DNA of 64,000 nt from Nannocystales bacterium (GCA_050633305.1 JBOEGF010000010.1:448001-512000), one strand, 5' to 3'. Positions 9,482 to 19,977 are shown, counted from the stretch's first letter. Notes: generated from the letters alone by a model not told the origin. Translations and numbers: made by a program.

Positions 9482-10087
9482 TCAGTTGGTCGGGAGCGTT
9501 TGTTCGAAGCTCTCGTGTTTTCCCCAGTGCTCCGCCAGCTCGACGAGTTTGGGGTGCTTCGAGACGTCGTAGGTGCCTCGGAACCGCATCCAGTCGATGG
9601 TGGTGACCATCGCAACTTCGGGAAGCCCGAGCTGCTGGACCTGCGACAGCCACGGACCCGTCGCCCATTGCTCGAGCCACGTCATGGCGCTGCGGGCTCG
9701 TTCCTGTTGCTTGCGAGCGTAGGCCGAAGCTTCTGGCGTGACGCCGTCGCGCGCCAGATAGAAGGCGTTGATGAGGGCGTCGAGCGCTCCGTCTATGACG
9801 GAGAGTAGGTTGCGCGTGTGGACGTTGTCGCTGTGAAAGCCCGCCATCGTGCCGGGGCCGTGGTTGTGCAGCAGATACTCGCAGATCGTGGCCGAGTCGA
9901 GGATGCTCAGCTCGCCGACGGTCGCCGTCGGTACCTTCCAGATCGGGTTGACCGCACGCATGTGCGCCTGGCCATCATCCTCGAATGTGTTCACGAGCTC
10001 GACATCCACACCGAGCTCTTGGGCGATGACGCGGACGCGTCGAACATACGGGGAGGTGGTGGTGCCGTAGACGGTCAACGCGCTCAT
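9482..10087 (-). CDS. Glutathione S-transferase family protein
   Basis: SPYVRRVR, NPIWKVP, LDSATICEYL. ATG at 10087 inside the longer ORF. Confidence 0.9.
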   Translation of the reverse strand: MSALTVYGTTTSPYVRRVRVIAQELGVDVELVNTFEDDGQAHMRAVNPIWKVPTATVGELSILDSATICEYLLHNHGPGTMAGFHSDNVHTRNLLSVIDGALDALINAFYLARDGVTPEASAYARKQQERARSAMTWLEQWATGPWLSQVQQLGLPEVAMVTTIDWMRFRGTYDVSKHPKLVELAEHWGKHESFEQTLPTN

Positions 10088-10142
10088 CGCCCGGGAGCTT
10101 GCCACCGCACTCTGGACGGCGCCAGACTGGCGGGAGGCCCCT

Positions 10143-10832
10143 CTATTGGACGCAGGCGCAGGCGCAGACGGCTTCGATCTCGTCTTGAAGCGTCCACCCA
10201 TCCCCCGTGGTCCCGCCACCGCTGCCTCCGCTGGTGCCCCCGTCTCCCGAATCGCCGACCGACGCGGATGCCCCGCTCTCCGCGCCACTCGAGCTGCCGG
10301 AGCCGACACTCGTCCCGAGGGTCTCCGCCGGATCGCCCGACCACGGACACGGCGTGAACGCGCTGAGCCCGTAACACAGGTTCGTGGCGTCAACGAGTTC
10401 CACGCTGCCGTCGACGACCCGGTAGTACCAGCTGACTCCTTCAGGACAGCTCGCCTCCGGTTGGAAGCAACCGTCCAGGCCCTCCTCGATGACGCAGGCC
10501 CCGCTACCCGTCGCCCACGAGTCGCACGAAAGGACATCGTGACCGTAGGTCGGGTACCAGCTGCACTGCTCGAAGTTGGGGTCACTCGCGGCGGCACACG
10601 ACTGTGCGTCGTAGGCGTCCTGACATCCGAACTCGGGGGTCCCCGAACTGGACGAGCCCGATGTGGTCGCCGAGCCTGGTGCCTCTCCGCTGGAACCGCT
10701 GGAGCCCTGGACGGGGTCGGGTTCTCCGGTGGAGGTCCCCGTCTCGTTGGATACGCGTTGCGGGACAGGAGGGTCGGAGAAACACGCGGCACAGCCGGCG
10801 GTGAGGAGGAGTAAGCCAAATCGCAAGGTCAT
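10143..10832 (-). CDS. Cys-rich lipoprotein
   Basis: Signal LLLLTAGCAAC, S/G/T linkers, ends VCACACVQ. Confidence 0.7.
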   Translation of the reverse strand: MTLRFGLLLLTAGCAACFSDPPVPQRVSNETGTSTGEPDPVQGSSGSSGEAPGSATTSGSSSSGTPEFGCQDAYDAQSCAAASDPNFEQCSWYPTYGHDVLSCDSWATGSGACVIEEGLDGCFQPEASCPEGVSWYYRVVDGSVELVDATNLCYGLSAFTPCPWSGDPAETLGTSVGSGSSSGAESGASASVGDSGDGGTSGGSGGGTTGDGWTLQDEIEAVCACACVQ

Positions 10833-10919
10833 ATCCGCTGCAATGGCCGGAAGCCGGGGAACCCGTCACGGGTGCGCCAAAAAATCGGAGCTTCGCACGG
10901 TGCATGCTACGGCGATCCT

Positions 10920-11720
10920 GTGAAGGCTCGTTTGCTCCTCCCTCTGGTGTGGCTCGCCGCGTGTGCGCAGCCGCCCGCCGAGTCGAGCGAGCCCGACCTG
11001 ACCGTTCCTGACGCGGTCGAGATCGACGACTACCCCGGCTCGCCCCGAGACCTCTTCGCGGAATTCGATCCGATGCCCGGGGGCGCCGTGACGGTGGAGT
11101 ACGCGGTGACCGGTCCAGGTGGGATGGCAGGAACGATGACGGTGACCGCGGCGGCCGGGGCTCGACGAGCCGAACAGTGGTCGCTGTCGATGCCGATGCC
11201 GGGTGCTGAGGCCGTGGAGATCCGCGGAGCGTCGATTCAAACCCCCGCGCAGTCGTGGACCGACGCCGCGGAGGGATCAGCCGAGCTTGTTGCGCTCCCC
11301 TTGGGACGGGTTGGTCAGCGATTCTTTTCCCTCGATGTAGACACCCAGCACGCGATCGTCGACCACGTTCGGACCTGGCACACCGAGGTGCTCCAGGGCC
11401 GTCAGGCGCATCCCGGAACGATGGACGCGGTGGCGGGCAGGCCTTGCCTACGAAGCCAAACCGCAGGCCAGTCGTTGTGTGTCTGGGAGCAGACCGGGTT
11501 GCCGCTGGAGTATCGTTCGGAGGCGTTCACACTCGTCGCAACCGAGGTCCTCGAAGGCGTCCTGGTGGATGAGACGACGTTCGAAATCCCCGGTGGCGCG
11601 CAGCGAAAAGCGGACGCACTCGAGGCTTTCGATGTGAAGAAGAGCCTCGAGAAGCTGGCTGCTGGAGACCTGGCTGAACTTCCCGGACTCCTGCAACCGC
11701 GCCTTCGTCTGACCGGCTGA
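10920..11720 (+). CDS. Lipoprotein (possibly DUF4412/LolA-like fold)
   Basis: Lipobox WLAAC; VAGRPC...CVWEQTGLPL...FEIP pattern. Confidence 0.7.
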   Translation: MKARLLLPLVWLAACAQPPAESSEPDLTVPDAVEIDDYPGSPRDLFAEFDPMPGGAVTVEYAVTGPGGMAGTMTVTAAAGARRAEQWSLSMPMPGAEAVEIRGASIQTPAQSWTDAAEGSAELVALPLGRVGQRFFSLDVDTQHAIVDHVRTWHTEVLQGRQAHPGTMDAVAGRPCLRSQTAGQSLCVWEQTGLPLEYRSEAFTLVATEVLEGVLVDETTFEIPGGAQRKADALEAFDVKKSLEKLAAGDLAELPGLLQPRLRLTG

Positions 11721-11798
11721 GCGTCCGCGAGGTTGGGGCCGTCGCTGAGAGCCCGGCCCGCGCACGCCGCCGAGGATGTGCTCTACACTGCCGACACC

Positions 11799-12173
11799 GT
11801 GGCAGACGAAGATCGCATCCAGTCGTTCGCGGAGTTTTGGCCGTACTACATCGGAGAGCACCGCGATCCGACCTGCCGAGGTCTGCACTACGTGGGCAGC
11901 ACGATGGCCGTCAGTTCGGCTGTGTCGGCCGTGGTCTTCGGCAACCCGTGGCTGGTCCTCCTCGGCTTCGTCTTGGGCTATGGCCCTGCTTGGGTAGGCC
12001 ACTTCTTCATCGAGCACAACCGCCCCGCAACGTTCAAGTACCCGCTGTGGTCACTCGCGTCCGACTTCAAGATGCTGTTGTATTTTGTGACCGGCAGGAT
12101 GGGTGCGGAGATGGAGCGGTTGTATGGCAGCCGAGCCCCGGCCAAGGACGCACCGCTGCGCACGAGCACCTAG
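11799..12173 (+). CDS. DUF962/Mpo1-like membrane protein
   Basis: SFAEFWPYYIGEH, LHYVG, AWVGHFFIEHNRPATFKYPLWS. Confidence 0.9.
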   Translation: MADEDRIQSFAEFWPYYIGEHRDPTCRGLHYVGSTMAVSSAVSAVVFGNPWLVLLGFVLGYGPAWVGHFFIEHNRPATFKYPLWSLASDFKMLLYFVTGRMGAEMERLYGSRAPAKDAPLRTST

Positions 12174-12396
12174 CGGCCGTTCGCAGTGACGGCCTGCTCG
12201 TGTCGCGCGGAGCATGAATCCGTCGCACGTGAACGACGGCCCCGAACACGGCCGAGCGAAACCGATGCGTTGATGTGCGGGTCGCGGACACCCTGAGGTT
12301 CGGATCCGCTCATGACTCGGTTGCGCCGCGCATCCAAGCCGGCCTGCAGGTGCAACAATCGTTTTTGGCTGCGCTGTCTGCGGTACTATCGTCATC

Positions 12397-14259
12397 GTGA
12401 CGTCGGCTCACGATCCTGCCGGGGGTTCGCGGGCAGCCACCACCCCCAAAGAGGCGTCCACGCGTGCTTTCTCCGAGTACCTGCGGGTGCTGGAGGATCA
12501 CGGCGTCGACCTCGAGCCGTTGTGCGACGGCTTGCCCGTGACGGTCGCGGAACTCCGCCGGACCGACGGCTGGATGGCGTGGGACACGTCATGCGAACTG
12601 CTCGAGCGGATTCCCCGGATGCTGGGCGGGGACAAGCCGTGGGCTGTGCTCGCCGGTGCGGTCGTCACGAGGCCGAAGGCGTGGCGGATGGTCCAGGTGG
12701 CGATCGGCCCCATGCAGCTGTACCGCTTGACCGCCAGCTTTACCGCGTCGCGCCTGTGGCCCATCCACCGGGCCGAAGTCCAGGTGCTCGGACCGACGCG
12801 GCTTCACATCGAGCTGTTTCTTCCCGAGGACGTTCGCGGAAGTGAGGACTTCTTCGTTGTCGCCAGCGAGATCTTCCGTGCTCTCCCGACGGCGCTGGGA
12901 CTCCCTCATGCCCGGGTCGAGGCGAAGACGGGGACGCATCACGGCGAATACGACATCCTCGTCCCGGACTCGATGACGCTGTTTGCCCGAATCAAGCGAC
13001 GGGCGGCGTTGGTCTTGGGCGAGGACCCCACCACGGAGCTGCTCGACCACCAGCGAGCGCTCAACGATAGCTACGATGCGCTCTCGCGCGCCCATGCCGA
13101 TCTCGAGAAGCGGCAAGGAGCACTGCTTGCAGAGATCGAAGAGCGACGCCGGACTGAGCGAGCACTCCGTGAACGCGACGAGCAGCTGCAGCAGTCACAG
13201 AAGCTCGAGCTCGTGGGCCAGCTCGCTTCTGGAATCGCGCACGACTTCAACAACTTGCTGACCGTCATGAGCGGCTGCACCGAGCTCCTGTCGAGCTACG
13301 TCGACGCGGCCGACGGACGGGTCCTCCTCGAGGACCTCCGTGGCACCTTGGAACCCTCGGGGCGCCTCATCGCCCAGCTCCTCACCTTTACGGCCGGACG
13401 AAGCGTCGAACCGCGTCGTGTCTGCCTGTGCGGTGCACTCGAAAGTCAGCGCGCCATGCTGGAGCGGGTGACCAGCGGGTTGGATCTCGTGCTCGAGGTG
13501 CCAGACGAGCTGCCCTGCATTTTTGTCGCGCCCTCGCACCTCGACCAGATCGTGCTCAACCTGGTTGTCAACGCGCGGGACGCGATCTCTGCTGAAGGAA
13601 CGATTCACATCTCCGCACGGATGGCGGACGGGATGGTCGCGCTCGAGGTTGCCGACGATGGCGTCGGGATGACTGAGGAGGTCCGGGGCAAGGTGTTCGA
13701 TCCGTTCTTCACCACGAAGGATGCCAACGGGACTGGCTTGGGGCTGGCGACCGTCAAGACCTTGGTGGACGAGTGCGGCGGCGCAATCGATCTGCATTCC
13801 ACGCCCGGGGTTGGCACCCGGTTCGTCGTCTCATTCCCTCCCGTCGAAGGGGTCCCCGACACTTTTGTCGGCAGCGAGAGCTCGGGGGACGTGCGGGCGC
13901 GTCCGGGGGAGACGGTCTTGCTCGTGGACGATGACCCCATCCTGCTTCGGTTGCTCGGGCCTTCGCTCGAGCGAGCCGGGTTCCGGACGTACACGGCTCG
14001 CGGCTTGACCGAAGCCCAGCGGATTCTCGACGTGCTCGATCGTCCGCTGGACCTGCTGATCACGGACATCAACCTACGGCGTCGTCGTGGCACACAACTC
14101 GCAGAGCTCGCTCGAGAGCGCTTCTCTGAGGTGGTTGTCGTCTACATTTCGGGCGCTGAGGGGGCCCCGGACGACCCTGGTTCTCACTTCATCGCGAAGC
14201 CCTTCGGACCTTCACGGCTGCTTGAGTTTGCCCGGGCCGCCCTCGACGACGCCCTCTGA
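12397..14259 (+). CDS. Cytoplasmic hybrid histidine kinase/response regulator
   Basis: GIAHDFNNLL H-box, NLVVNARDA, DDGVGM, FDPFFTTK, GTGLGL and C-terminal REC (LLVDDD, LLITD, AKPF). Confidence 0.93.
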   Translation: MTSAHDPAGGSRAATTPKEASTRAFSEYLRVLEDHGVDLEPLCDGLPVTVAELRRTDGWMAWDTSCELLERIPRMLGGDKPWAVLAGAVVTRPKAWRMVQVAIGPMQLYRLTASFTASRLWPIHRAEVQVLGPTRLHIELFLPEDVRGSEDFFVVASEIFRALPTALGLPHARVEAKTGTHHGEYDILVPDSMTLFARIKRRAALVLGEDPTTELLDHQRALNDSYDALSRAHADLEKRQGALLAEIEERRRTERALRERDEQLQQSQKLELVGQLASGIAHDFNNLLTVMSGCTELLSSYVDAADGRVLLEDLRGTLEPSGRLIAQLLTFTAGRSVEPRRVCLCGALESQRAMLERVTSGLDLVLEVPDELPCIFVAPSHLDQIVLNLVVNARDAISAEGTIHISARMADGMVALEVADDGVGMTEEVRGKVFDPFFTTKDANGTGLGLATVKTLVDECGGAIDLHSTPGVGTRFVVSFPPVEGVPDTFVGSESSGDVRARPGETVLLVDDDPILLRLLGPSLERAGFRTYTARGLTEAQRILDVLDRPLDLLITDINLRRRRGTQLAELARERFSEVVVVYISGAEGAPDDPGSHFIAKPFGPSRLLEFARAALDDAL

Positions 14260-14484
14260 GCCGCTGGACGGCGAGCGTAGCGCTGCGGTCAAGGCGTCCA
14301 CGAGAACGTGGGCACGTCGCGGGCGCGAGCGCCGGTCACGACGACCGACAACTCCCGACGGCCGTCGTGAAAGCACCACTCCCGGTCGAGGTGCCGGCCG
14401 AACCGCATCCGCAGACAGTTGTGTTCCCGCAGGTCGGCCCGCGGACGCATGAGGGTGCTGCCGGTCGACGACTGCGAGCCGTCA

Positions 14485-15930
14485 TCACTCCCAGAGTTCG
14501 GACAGCGGTCCCTCGGCGACGCGGGTTCCGGGATCCGCGTGTCCGAAGTCGTCGACCGCCTCTCCTGCACCGTGGAGCATCGAGTTGAAGACGTTCGACG
14601 TTTGGCGGTTGTTGTCGCGGTCGACCCGGGGGAAGGCGACGGCACGACCGTCGGTCTTGAAGCCCATGTTTGATCCGCCGAGCAAGAGCATCGCCCACTC
14701 CTCGGCCACCGAGTGGTGCTTCTCGCCGTTGTCCGACATGTACAGCAGGAGGGTGTTGTCCAACATCGTCCCGCCGTCCTCGGGGATGGCGTCGAGTTCG
14801 CGGGCGACGTTGCACATCTGACCGACGTAGCGACGGCTGAGCTCGGCGAGCACGTTCGCGGCGTCGGGGGAGCCCGAGTGGCGCAGGTCGTGCCCGCCGA
14901 TGAGCGTCCCGTTGGGGTAGAGGTTGGAGAGTGTTGGGTACTGCTGCGACCAGAGGTATCCACCTGCGCCCATGGAGACGACCACAACGTTCGTCAATCC
15001 GCCGATGAGGGCCCGCGTCGCGATGTCGACCTGAAGGTTGAGCCGATCGAGTGGAGCGGTGGACGTGTACGGGTCGGGGTCCAACTCGCCGGGTTCGGGC
15101 GGCTTGACCGCCTGGAGGGCCTCGTTCATGCCGATGATCTGCTCATCGCGGGTCATCAGGTCGGCAAGAGAGGCCTCGAAGGTCTCGAGTTTCGCGCGCC
15201 CACGGCTGGATCCGGAGAGCGCCTCGAAGCTGGCCTCGACGTCGTCCATCGCGTAGTCGAGCAGGGCTCTGCGCGCCGCGAACGCCTCGGCGGCGGCACC
15301 GGTCGCGACCGAACCAAACAGCGTGCTGAAGGACGCCGCGGGATCGAGCAGGACCGGGGCGGGCTCGTCGGAGTCGAAGGCGCAGGTCAGGTAGTTCAGC
15401 GGGTTGCCTGAGGCTCCTGTTCCGACTCGGACGACGTCGAAGGGGGTGTTCCCTCGGACGCCCGCAAGCCCGCCCAGGACAGCGTCGATGCTGGCGTGGT
15501 CCGGGCCGCCGCGTCCGGGCGATGCCGTGAGTGCGCCATGGTTCGTGGAGTGGCCGCCGCCCAGGTAGGTTCCCGAGAGGCCGAGCAGCACAGCGGCCTT
15601 GTCCGTGAGGGATGGGCCCGACTCACCGGCGGCGAGCGCCGACAGAGATCGCGCCTCGCTCAGCGGCGCGCCGGCGGTGAGGATGACGTCGTTGTGGTTG
15701 TAATCGCGGTTGGTGGTGACGGCGCCGCCTGCCGCCGACTCGAGGGCGGAGAGGGTCTGGGGGTCGGTGAAGTTTAGCGGGCGCGTACCGTTGCCTTCGA
15801 CGAAGATGACGAAGCGGCGGGGTGACCCGCCCCCGTGATGGGCAGGCTTGCGATCGACAAAGGACGCTCCGCTCAGCAGCGCGCTGGAGGTGAGCAGTCC
15901 GGAGAAATGGAGAAAGTCTCTACGGTTCAT
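14485..15930 (-). CDS. DUF1552 family protein (Tat-like signal)
   Basis: MNRRDFL, RRFVIF..NG, SID, PEDGGTMLDNTLL..SD; lies downstream of a DUF1588-type gene. Confidence 0.85.
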   Translation of the reverse strand: MNRRDFLHFSGLLTSSALLSGASFVDRKPAHHGGGSPRRFVIFVEGNGTRPLNFTDPQTLSALESAAGGAVTTNRDYNHNDVILTAGAPLSEARSLSALAAGESGPSLTDKAAVLLGLSGTYLGGGHSTNHGALTASPGRGGPDHASIDAVLGGLAGVRGNTPFDVVRVGTGASGNPLNYLTCAFDSDEPAPVLLDPAASFSTLFGSVATGAAAEAFAARRALLDYAMDDVEASFEALSGSSRGRAKLETFEASLADLMTRDEQIIGMNEALQAVKPPEPGELDPDPYTSTAPLDRLNLQVDIATRALIGGLTNVVVVSMGAGGYLWSQQYPTLSNLYPNGTLIGGHDLRHSGSPDAANVLAELSRRYVGQMCNVARELDAIPEDGGTMLDNTLLLYMSDNGEKHHSVAEEWAMLLLGGSNMGFKTDGRAVAFPRVDRDNNRQTSNVFNSMLHGAGEAVDDFGHADPGTRVAEGPLSELWE

Positions 15931-15938
15931 CGGGCACC

Positions 15939-18017
15939 TCAGTTGGGGACGCGGCACGTGAAGCTCTCGCTGGTGAACAACACCGCGAGCATTTCGGCGA
16001 GGGACCCTCCGCTGTCGTCATAGGCTTCTTCGAGCGCGACGAACGTGCATCGGTCGTGGATGGTTTCTTCGCGCCCTGCGAAGTAGCGGAAGGTCTGCCG
16101 GATGAAGCAGCGTTTGACCCACTGCGACTCGGCGAACTTCTGGCTCATGTCCAGAGCACTGGTGACCGGCCCGCCCAGTTCGGCGGAGGGCATGAGGATG
16201 AGCTCGCTCGATCCGTCGGGCGAACCGCCGTGGTCTTCGACTCGCACGAATCCAGCGTGGTTGTAGATCTCGAACGGGTACCCCAGCGGATTCATCATGT
16301 TGTGGCAACCCGCGCAGTAGTCGTCTTCGTCGATCTGCTCGACCATCCGCTGGCGTGCGGATTGTTCGAGCGACGCTTCGGACAGGGCGGCATCCACAGT
16401 GAGAGGGATGTCGGGGATGTCTTGGCACAGCAGCTCCTCGCGAATCCACTTGCCACGGTGGATCGCGTTGGGGTCGTTTTCCGCCGCGAGGGAGTGCGCG
16501 CCTAGCCATGCCGGGTGGGTCAGGACGCCCGAGCGCTCGTCCGCAGGCAGCTCCTTCCATCGGTCCTCGCGCGTGTGCGGCGTAACGCCCTCGACGTTGT
16601 ACACACGGCTCATCTCGGCGGTGGTGTTGGAGACCGACGAGTCCTGATAGTCCGCTGTTGCCGGGGTGTAGAACATGCGCGAAGTCAGGAGCTTCGCCAG
16701 CAGGTCCGAGTCCTCCGCGAGGATCCGGGCGATCATGTCGTCGAGGTGATCGGTGAGGGTGTTTTCGTAGCCGTTGCCGCCCCCGACCGCGTTGCCGTAG
16801 CTGAGCTCGACCACGCCGCCGGACCACGCTGAGGTCTCCGACACCTCGACCTTGGGGATGGCACCGACGTCCTCATAGCCCAGCCATTCGCGGAAGAAAC
16901 GGCGGACTCCGATCGCCATTCCGAACTCTCCGCGGTTATCCCAGTGGCGGCTGTCTCCGCGGTCATGGCGGAGGTCGAGGCGCTCCTCGTCGAGGCCGCC
17001 GATGTACTGGTGGACGAGGCTGCGGACGGTCTCGAGGTCGGTGATCGTCCCGTCCTCCGCCGCCTCAGCAAAGCCGGAGAGGTACCCGTTGACGTCGCCG
17101 AGGGTGTGGACCTCGTGCGCACGCCGAACGCTGGGGACGCGGGGAGCACTTCCACCGATCGCGTACGCCATCGCTTGGGCAAGTTCCCAATCGGTCAGGT
17201 GTGTACGACCGTGTTCATCGAGCTCCCCTGATCCGACCTCGGTGCGGTGAAGCGCTCCGGCACTCATCCAGGCTGCGGCCGCGACCTTCCGAATCGTGGC
17301 TGCGCGCTCCTGAGGGCTGGTTTCATCGGCGAGCGCTTCTTGGGTGAAGCTGACGAGTCGGTCCACTTCGTCCTCAGTTGCGGGTCGGAAGTGGGAGCCA
17401 CGCTCCAGGTATCGCTGCGCGAAGTACCGCACACACTCTGCGCTGGGCGACGCCTCATCGTGAAAGCAAAGCGTCTGGGGGTCGTTGACGACCGTCGCGT
17501 TGGCGTTGGAGTCGTACGACCTCGCGCCGGTCCACGATGTTCCCGCTTCGCCGACGGTGTCGAGGTACAGGCTCAGAATGCTGGAGTCGACGGACTCCGT
17601 GGAGCTGAACGTCGAGTACCGATCCTCAGCGCGCGCGTAGAAGGGGTTTCTGTCCCGGTTGGTGCCGTACCAGGCTCCAACATTGCGGGTCCACTCGTCG
17701 TGATCGATCAGCCGGATGTCGGCGGAAGGAAGGGCCGGGGAACCGTCGCACATGAACAACTCGTCCTGGTCGACTTCGTTTCCCGATGGTGTGTCCTCCC
17801 CGTCGTCATCGTCCTCGTCATCGCCCCCGCTGGTGTCGTCTGCGGCCCCTTGGCTGCCACTCGCTTCGTCGAGCCCACCGCTTCCTGGACCTTCGGCGGT
17901 GCCCGTGTCGTCGGCGCTGTCGGTACCCGACCCGCTGTGGCTCCCCCCTTGGTGACAACCGACACCCGCCAGCAGCGCAATCGACGCGGTGCCCAGCGGC
18001 TTCCAAACCTTCAGCAT
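15939..18017 (-). CDS. DUF1592/DUF1588/DUF1585-type lipoprotein with CxxCH
   Basis: Lipobox LAGVGC; ERSGVLTHPAWL, IHRGKWIREELLC, CAGCHNMMNPLGYPFE, CFIRQTFRYFAGR. Confidence 0.88.
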   Translation of the reverse strand: MLKVWKPLGTASIALLAGVGCHQGGSHSGSGTDSADDTGTAEGPGSGGLDEASGSQGAADDTSGGDDEDDDDGEDTPSGNEVDQDELFMCDGSPALPSADIRLIDHDEWTRNVGAWYGTNRDRNPFYARAEDRYSTFSSTESVDSSILSLYLDTVGEAGTSWTGARSYDSNANATVVNDPQTLCFHDEASPSAECVRYFAQRYLERGSHFRPATEDEVDRLVSFTQEALADETSPQERAATIRKVAAAAWMSAGALHRTEVGSGELDEHGRTHLTDWELAQAMAYAIGGSAPRVPSVRRAHEVHTLGDVNGYLSGFAEAAEDGTITDLETVRSLVHQYIGGLDEERLDLRHDRGDSRHWDNRGEFGMAIGVRRFFREWLGYEDVGAIPKVEVSETSAWSGGVVELSYGNAVGGGNGYENTLTDHLDDMIARILAEDSDLLAKLLTSRMFYTPATADYQDSSVSNTTAEMSRVYNVEGVTPHTREDRWKELPADERSGVLTHPAWLGAHSLAAENDPNAIHRGKWIREELLCQDIPDIPLTVDAALSEASLEQSARQRMVEQIDEDDYCAGCHNMMNPLGYPFEIYNHAGFVRVEDHGGSPDGSSELILMPSAELGGPVTSALDMSQKFAESQWVKRCFIRQTFRYFAGREETIHDRCTFVALEEAYDDSGGSLAEMLAVLFTSESFTCRVPN

Positions 18018-18060
18018 GTCCGCTGAGTCGTGAATGAAGCCGCCTCATCCACGAAAAACT

Positions 18061-19032
18061 TCAACGACAGGGCGGTTCGACCTGCTCGGCGATGTCGTGA
18101 AGAACCTGGCTCGCATCTTCGTTGACGGGTTGGACTCCCTCGACGGCGTCCAGCGAGACTCCGGTCAAGGCGACGAAGAAGACACTGGCGTTGAGGTACG
18201 TGCCCACAACAGACGGGTGATACTCGTCCCCGCCCCAGGGGTAGTACATTTCGCCGTCGGGGGAGGACCAGAGCGTTTGCCAGGCTTGCCCGGCTGGGAC
18301 CACCCGAGCCCCGGTGAGATCGGACAGCATCCGGTAGCCGTCACTCACCGCGTTCTGCATCTCGTCAGGATTAGTGTATCCGAAGTTCGGGTCGTCCCAG
18401 ATGTCGTGCACCCAGGAGCGCGCCCAGGTTTCGTACAGCAGCGGTTCAGCCCCCGCTTCCTCGATCCAGCCGACGAGCGTCTCCCCGTTTTGGAGGAAGC
18501 CGTCGAGATCGGTGAGTGTCTCGAGGCTGTGTCCTTGAATCACCACGTAGTCCCAGGCTTGGCTTTCGAGGATCGGAAGCGTGGCTTCGTTCTGGACGTG
18601 AAAGGACAGTGGTTGCCCCCCCTGGGTCAGGGAGTCCGTCTCAATGGGGATTCCCGCGTCCTCGCCGAGCCCGGAGACCATGCCCGGCAGGTCGTTGGAG
18701 AAGGTGAAGCTGTTCCCCAAGAAGAGCACCGCCAGCGACTCCGGGGGATCGCAGACGACAGCCGGGCCAGACGAGCTACTCTCGTCCGCGGACGTGCTGC
18801 TCGCACCGGTGGTCTCGCCGGCTTCGGTCGTTCCTCCACTCGAAGTGTTCGAGTTGCCCTCGCTCGTCGAGCCCGATGTCGAACTTGGGGACACCGTCAC
18901 CGAGGAGTCATCGTACGTCGAGGTCGCCGTGCCGCCGTCGGTGTCGGTGGCCGTTGCGCTCGAACCGGCGCCGCTCCCACAGGCAGCCGCCGTGAACGAG
19001 AGCGCAAAGATGCAAACCCAGGAGCGTCGCAT
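18061..19032 (-). CDS. Lipoprotein with SGNH/GDSL-type (DUF4886-like) domain
   Basis: Lipobox TAAAC, S/T linker, VLFLGNSFT, WDYVVIQ, DEYHPS..GTYL. Confidence 0.85.
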   Translation of the reverse strand: MRRSWVCIFALSFTAAACGSGAGSSATATDTDGGTATSTYDDSSVTVSPSSTSGSTSEGNSNTSSGGTTEAGETTGASSTSADESSSSGPAVVCDPPESLAVLFLGNSFTFSNDLPGMVSGLGEDAGIPIETDSLTQGGQPLSFHVQNEATLPILESQAWDYVVIQGHSLETLTDLDGFLQNGETLVGWIEEAGAEPLLYETWARSWVHDIWDDPNFGYTNPDEMQNAVSDGYRMLSDLTGARVVPAGQAWQTLWSSPDGEMYYPWGGDEYHPSVVGTYLNASVFFVALTGVSLDAVEGVQPVNEDASQVLHDIAEQVEPPCR

Positions 19033-19052
19033 GCCCGGAGCGTCGCATGCCC
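19021..19052. repeat. Exact 16-bp tandem duplication GGAGCGTCGCATGCCC x2
   Basis: Read directly; spans the start codon of the SGNH lipoprotein gene. Confidence 0.85.
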
Positions 19053-19317
19053 GTTCGGGCCGGGCGGCGTCGATTGTGTGGTCCACGGCAACTTCCGCGC
19101 TTGTCGCCGGGGCCGTGTTCGAGGATGCGAGCCCTCGCCACGGATGACACGGTTTCGTGACTCGGTGGCGTCCAGGGCCGCGGCGCACGCGGGCCTCTCC
19201 GGCGTCCGGAGCATGCGCTCGGGTCCGCACGGATGACCGGGGCGCGGACCGAAGAGGACGCTCGGATGACCGCTTCGGACCTCGTTGGCCGATGCCGTGT
19301 CCTGTGTTCTCGTGGGC

Positions 19318-19977
19318 ATGAAATATCGCCTGCTGCTCGTCTCCTCTGTGCTCACGCTCGGCTGGTCGTCGGTTGCTCATGCATCTACAGAACCCTCGGA
19401 GCCGGTCGCCTCGAGCCCGGCTCAGCCGACTTCGGAGGGTCCTGCCGAGGTCGAGCCCAAGCGGGAGCGCGCCGCGTCTTGGCTCGACTACAAGCGAGGG
19501 CCGGCGTTCGAGGTCAACGTCCTGTGGCCGTTCTTCCCCGGAGGCATCGTGGACCTCAAGGTTGTGATCCCCGTGCTGCGACGCGACTACGCGAACTGGA
19601 GGGGAGAGCTCATCACGGGTCTACACAGCGACTTTGAGTGGCGCTTCATTCGGGATGACCGGGACAACTACGGGCAAGTCGCGTTTCTCGGGGTGAAGCT
19701 GGGCTGGCGCCAGTTCCTCGCCTACGGGTTGCACGTGGACCTCACGGTCAATGCCGGTTGGCGCCACGAGCGGGACAACCCTCATGCGACCGGGACCATC
19801 AACTCGTTTCAGGGACGGTTCTGGGGATTCGCCGGCTATCAGCACGAGTTCACCCGTCGTGTGTACGCCAACCTCCGCGGGGGCCTCGGTGTCCACCTGT
19901 GGCGGACGGACGAACTCGCCCACCGAGAACGGCAGTTCGCCGGCGGTGCCGATCTCAACCTGGGCCTGCGCTTCTAG
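19318..19977 (+). CDS. Small outer-membrane beta-barrel protein
   Basis: Signal peptide ending VAHA, alternating strands, C-terminal DLNLGLRF. Confidence 0.75.
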   Translation: MKYRLLLVSSVLTLGWSSVAHASTEPSEPVASSPAQPTSEGPAEVEPKRERAASWLDYKRGPAFEVNVLWPFFPGGIVDLKVVIPVLRRDYANWRGELITGLHSDFEWRFIRDDRDNYGQVAFLGVKLGWRQFLAYGLHVDLTVNAGWRHERDNPHATGTINSFQGRFWGFAGYQHEFTRRVYANLRGGLGVHLWRTDELAHRERQFAGGADLNLGLRF

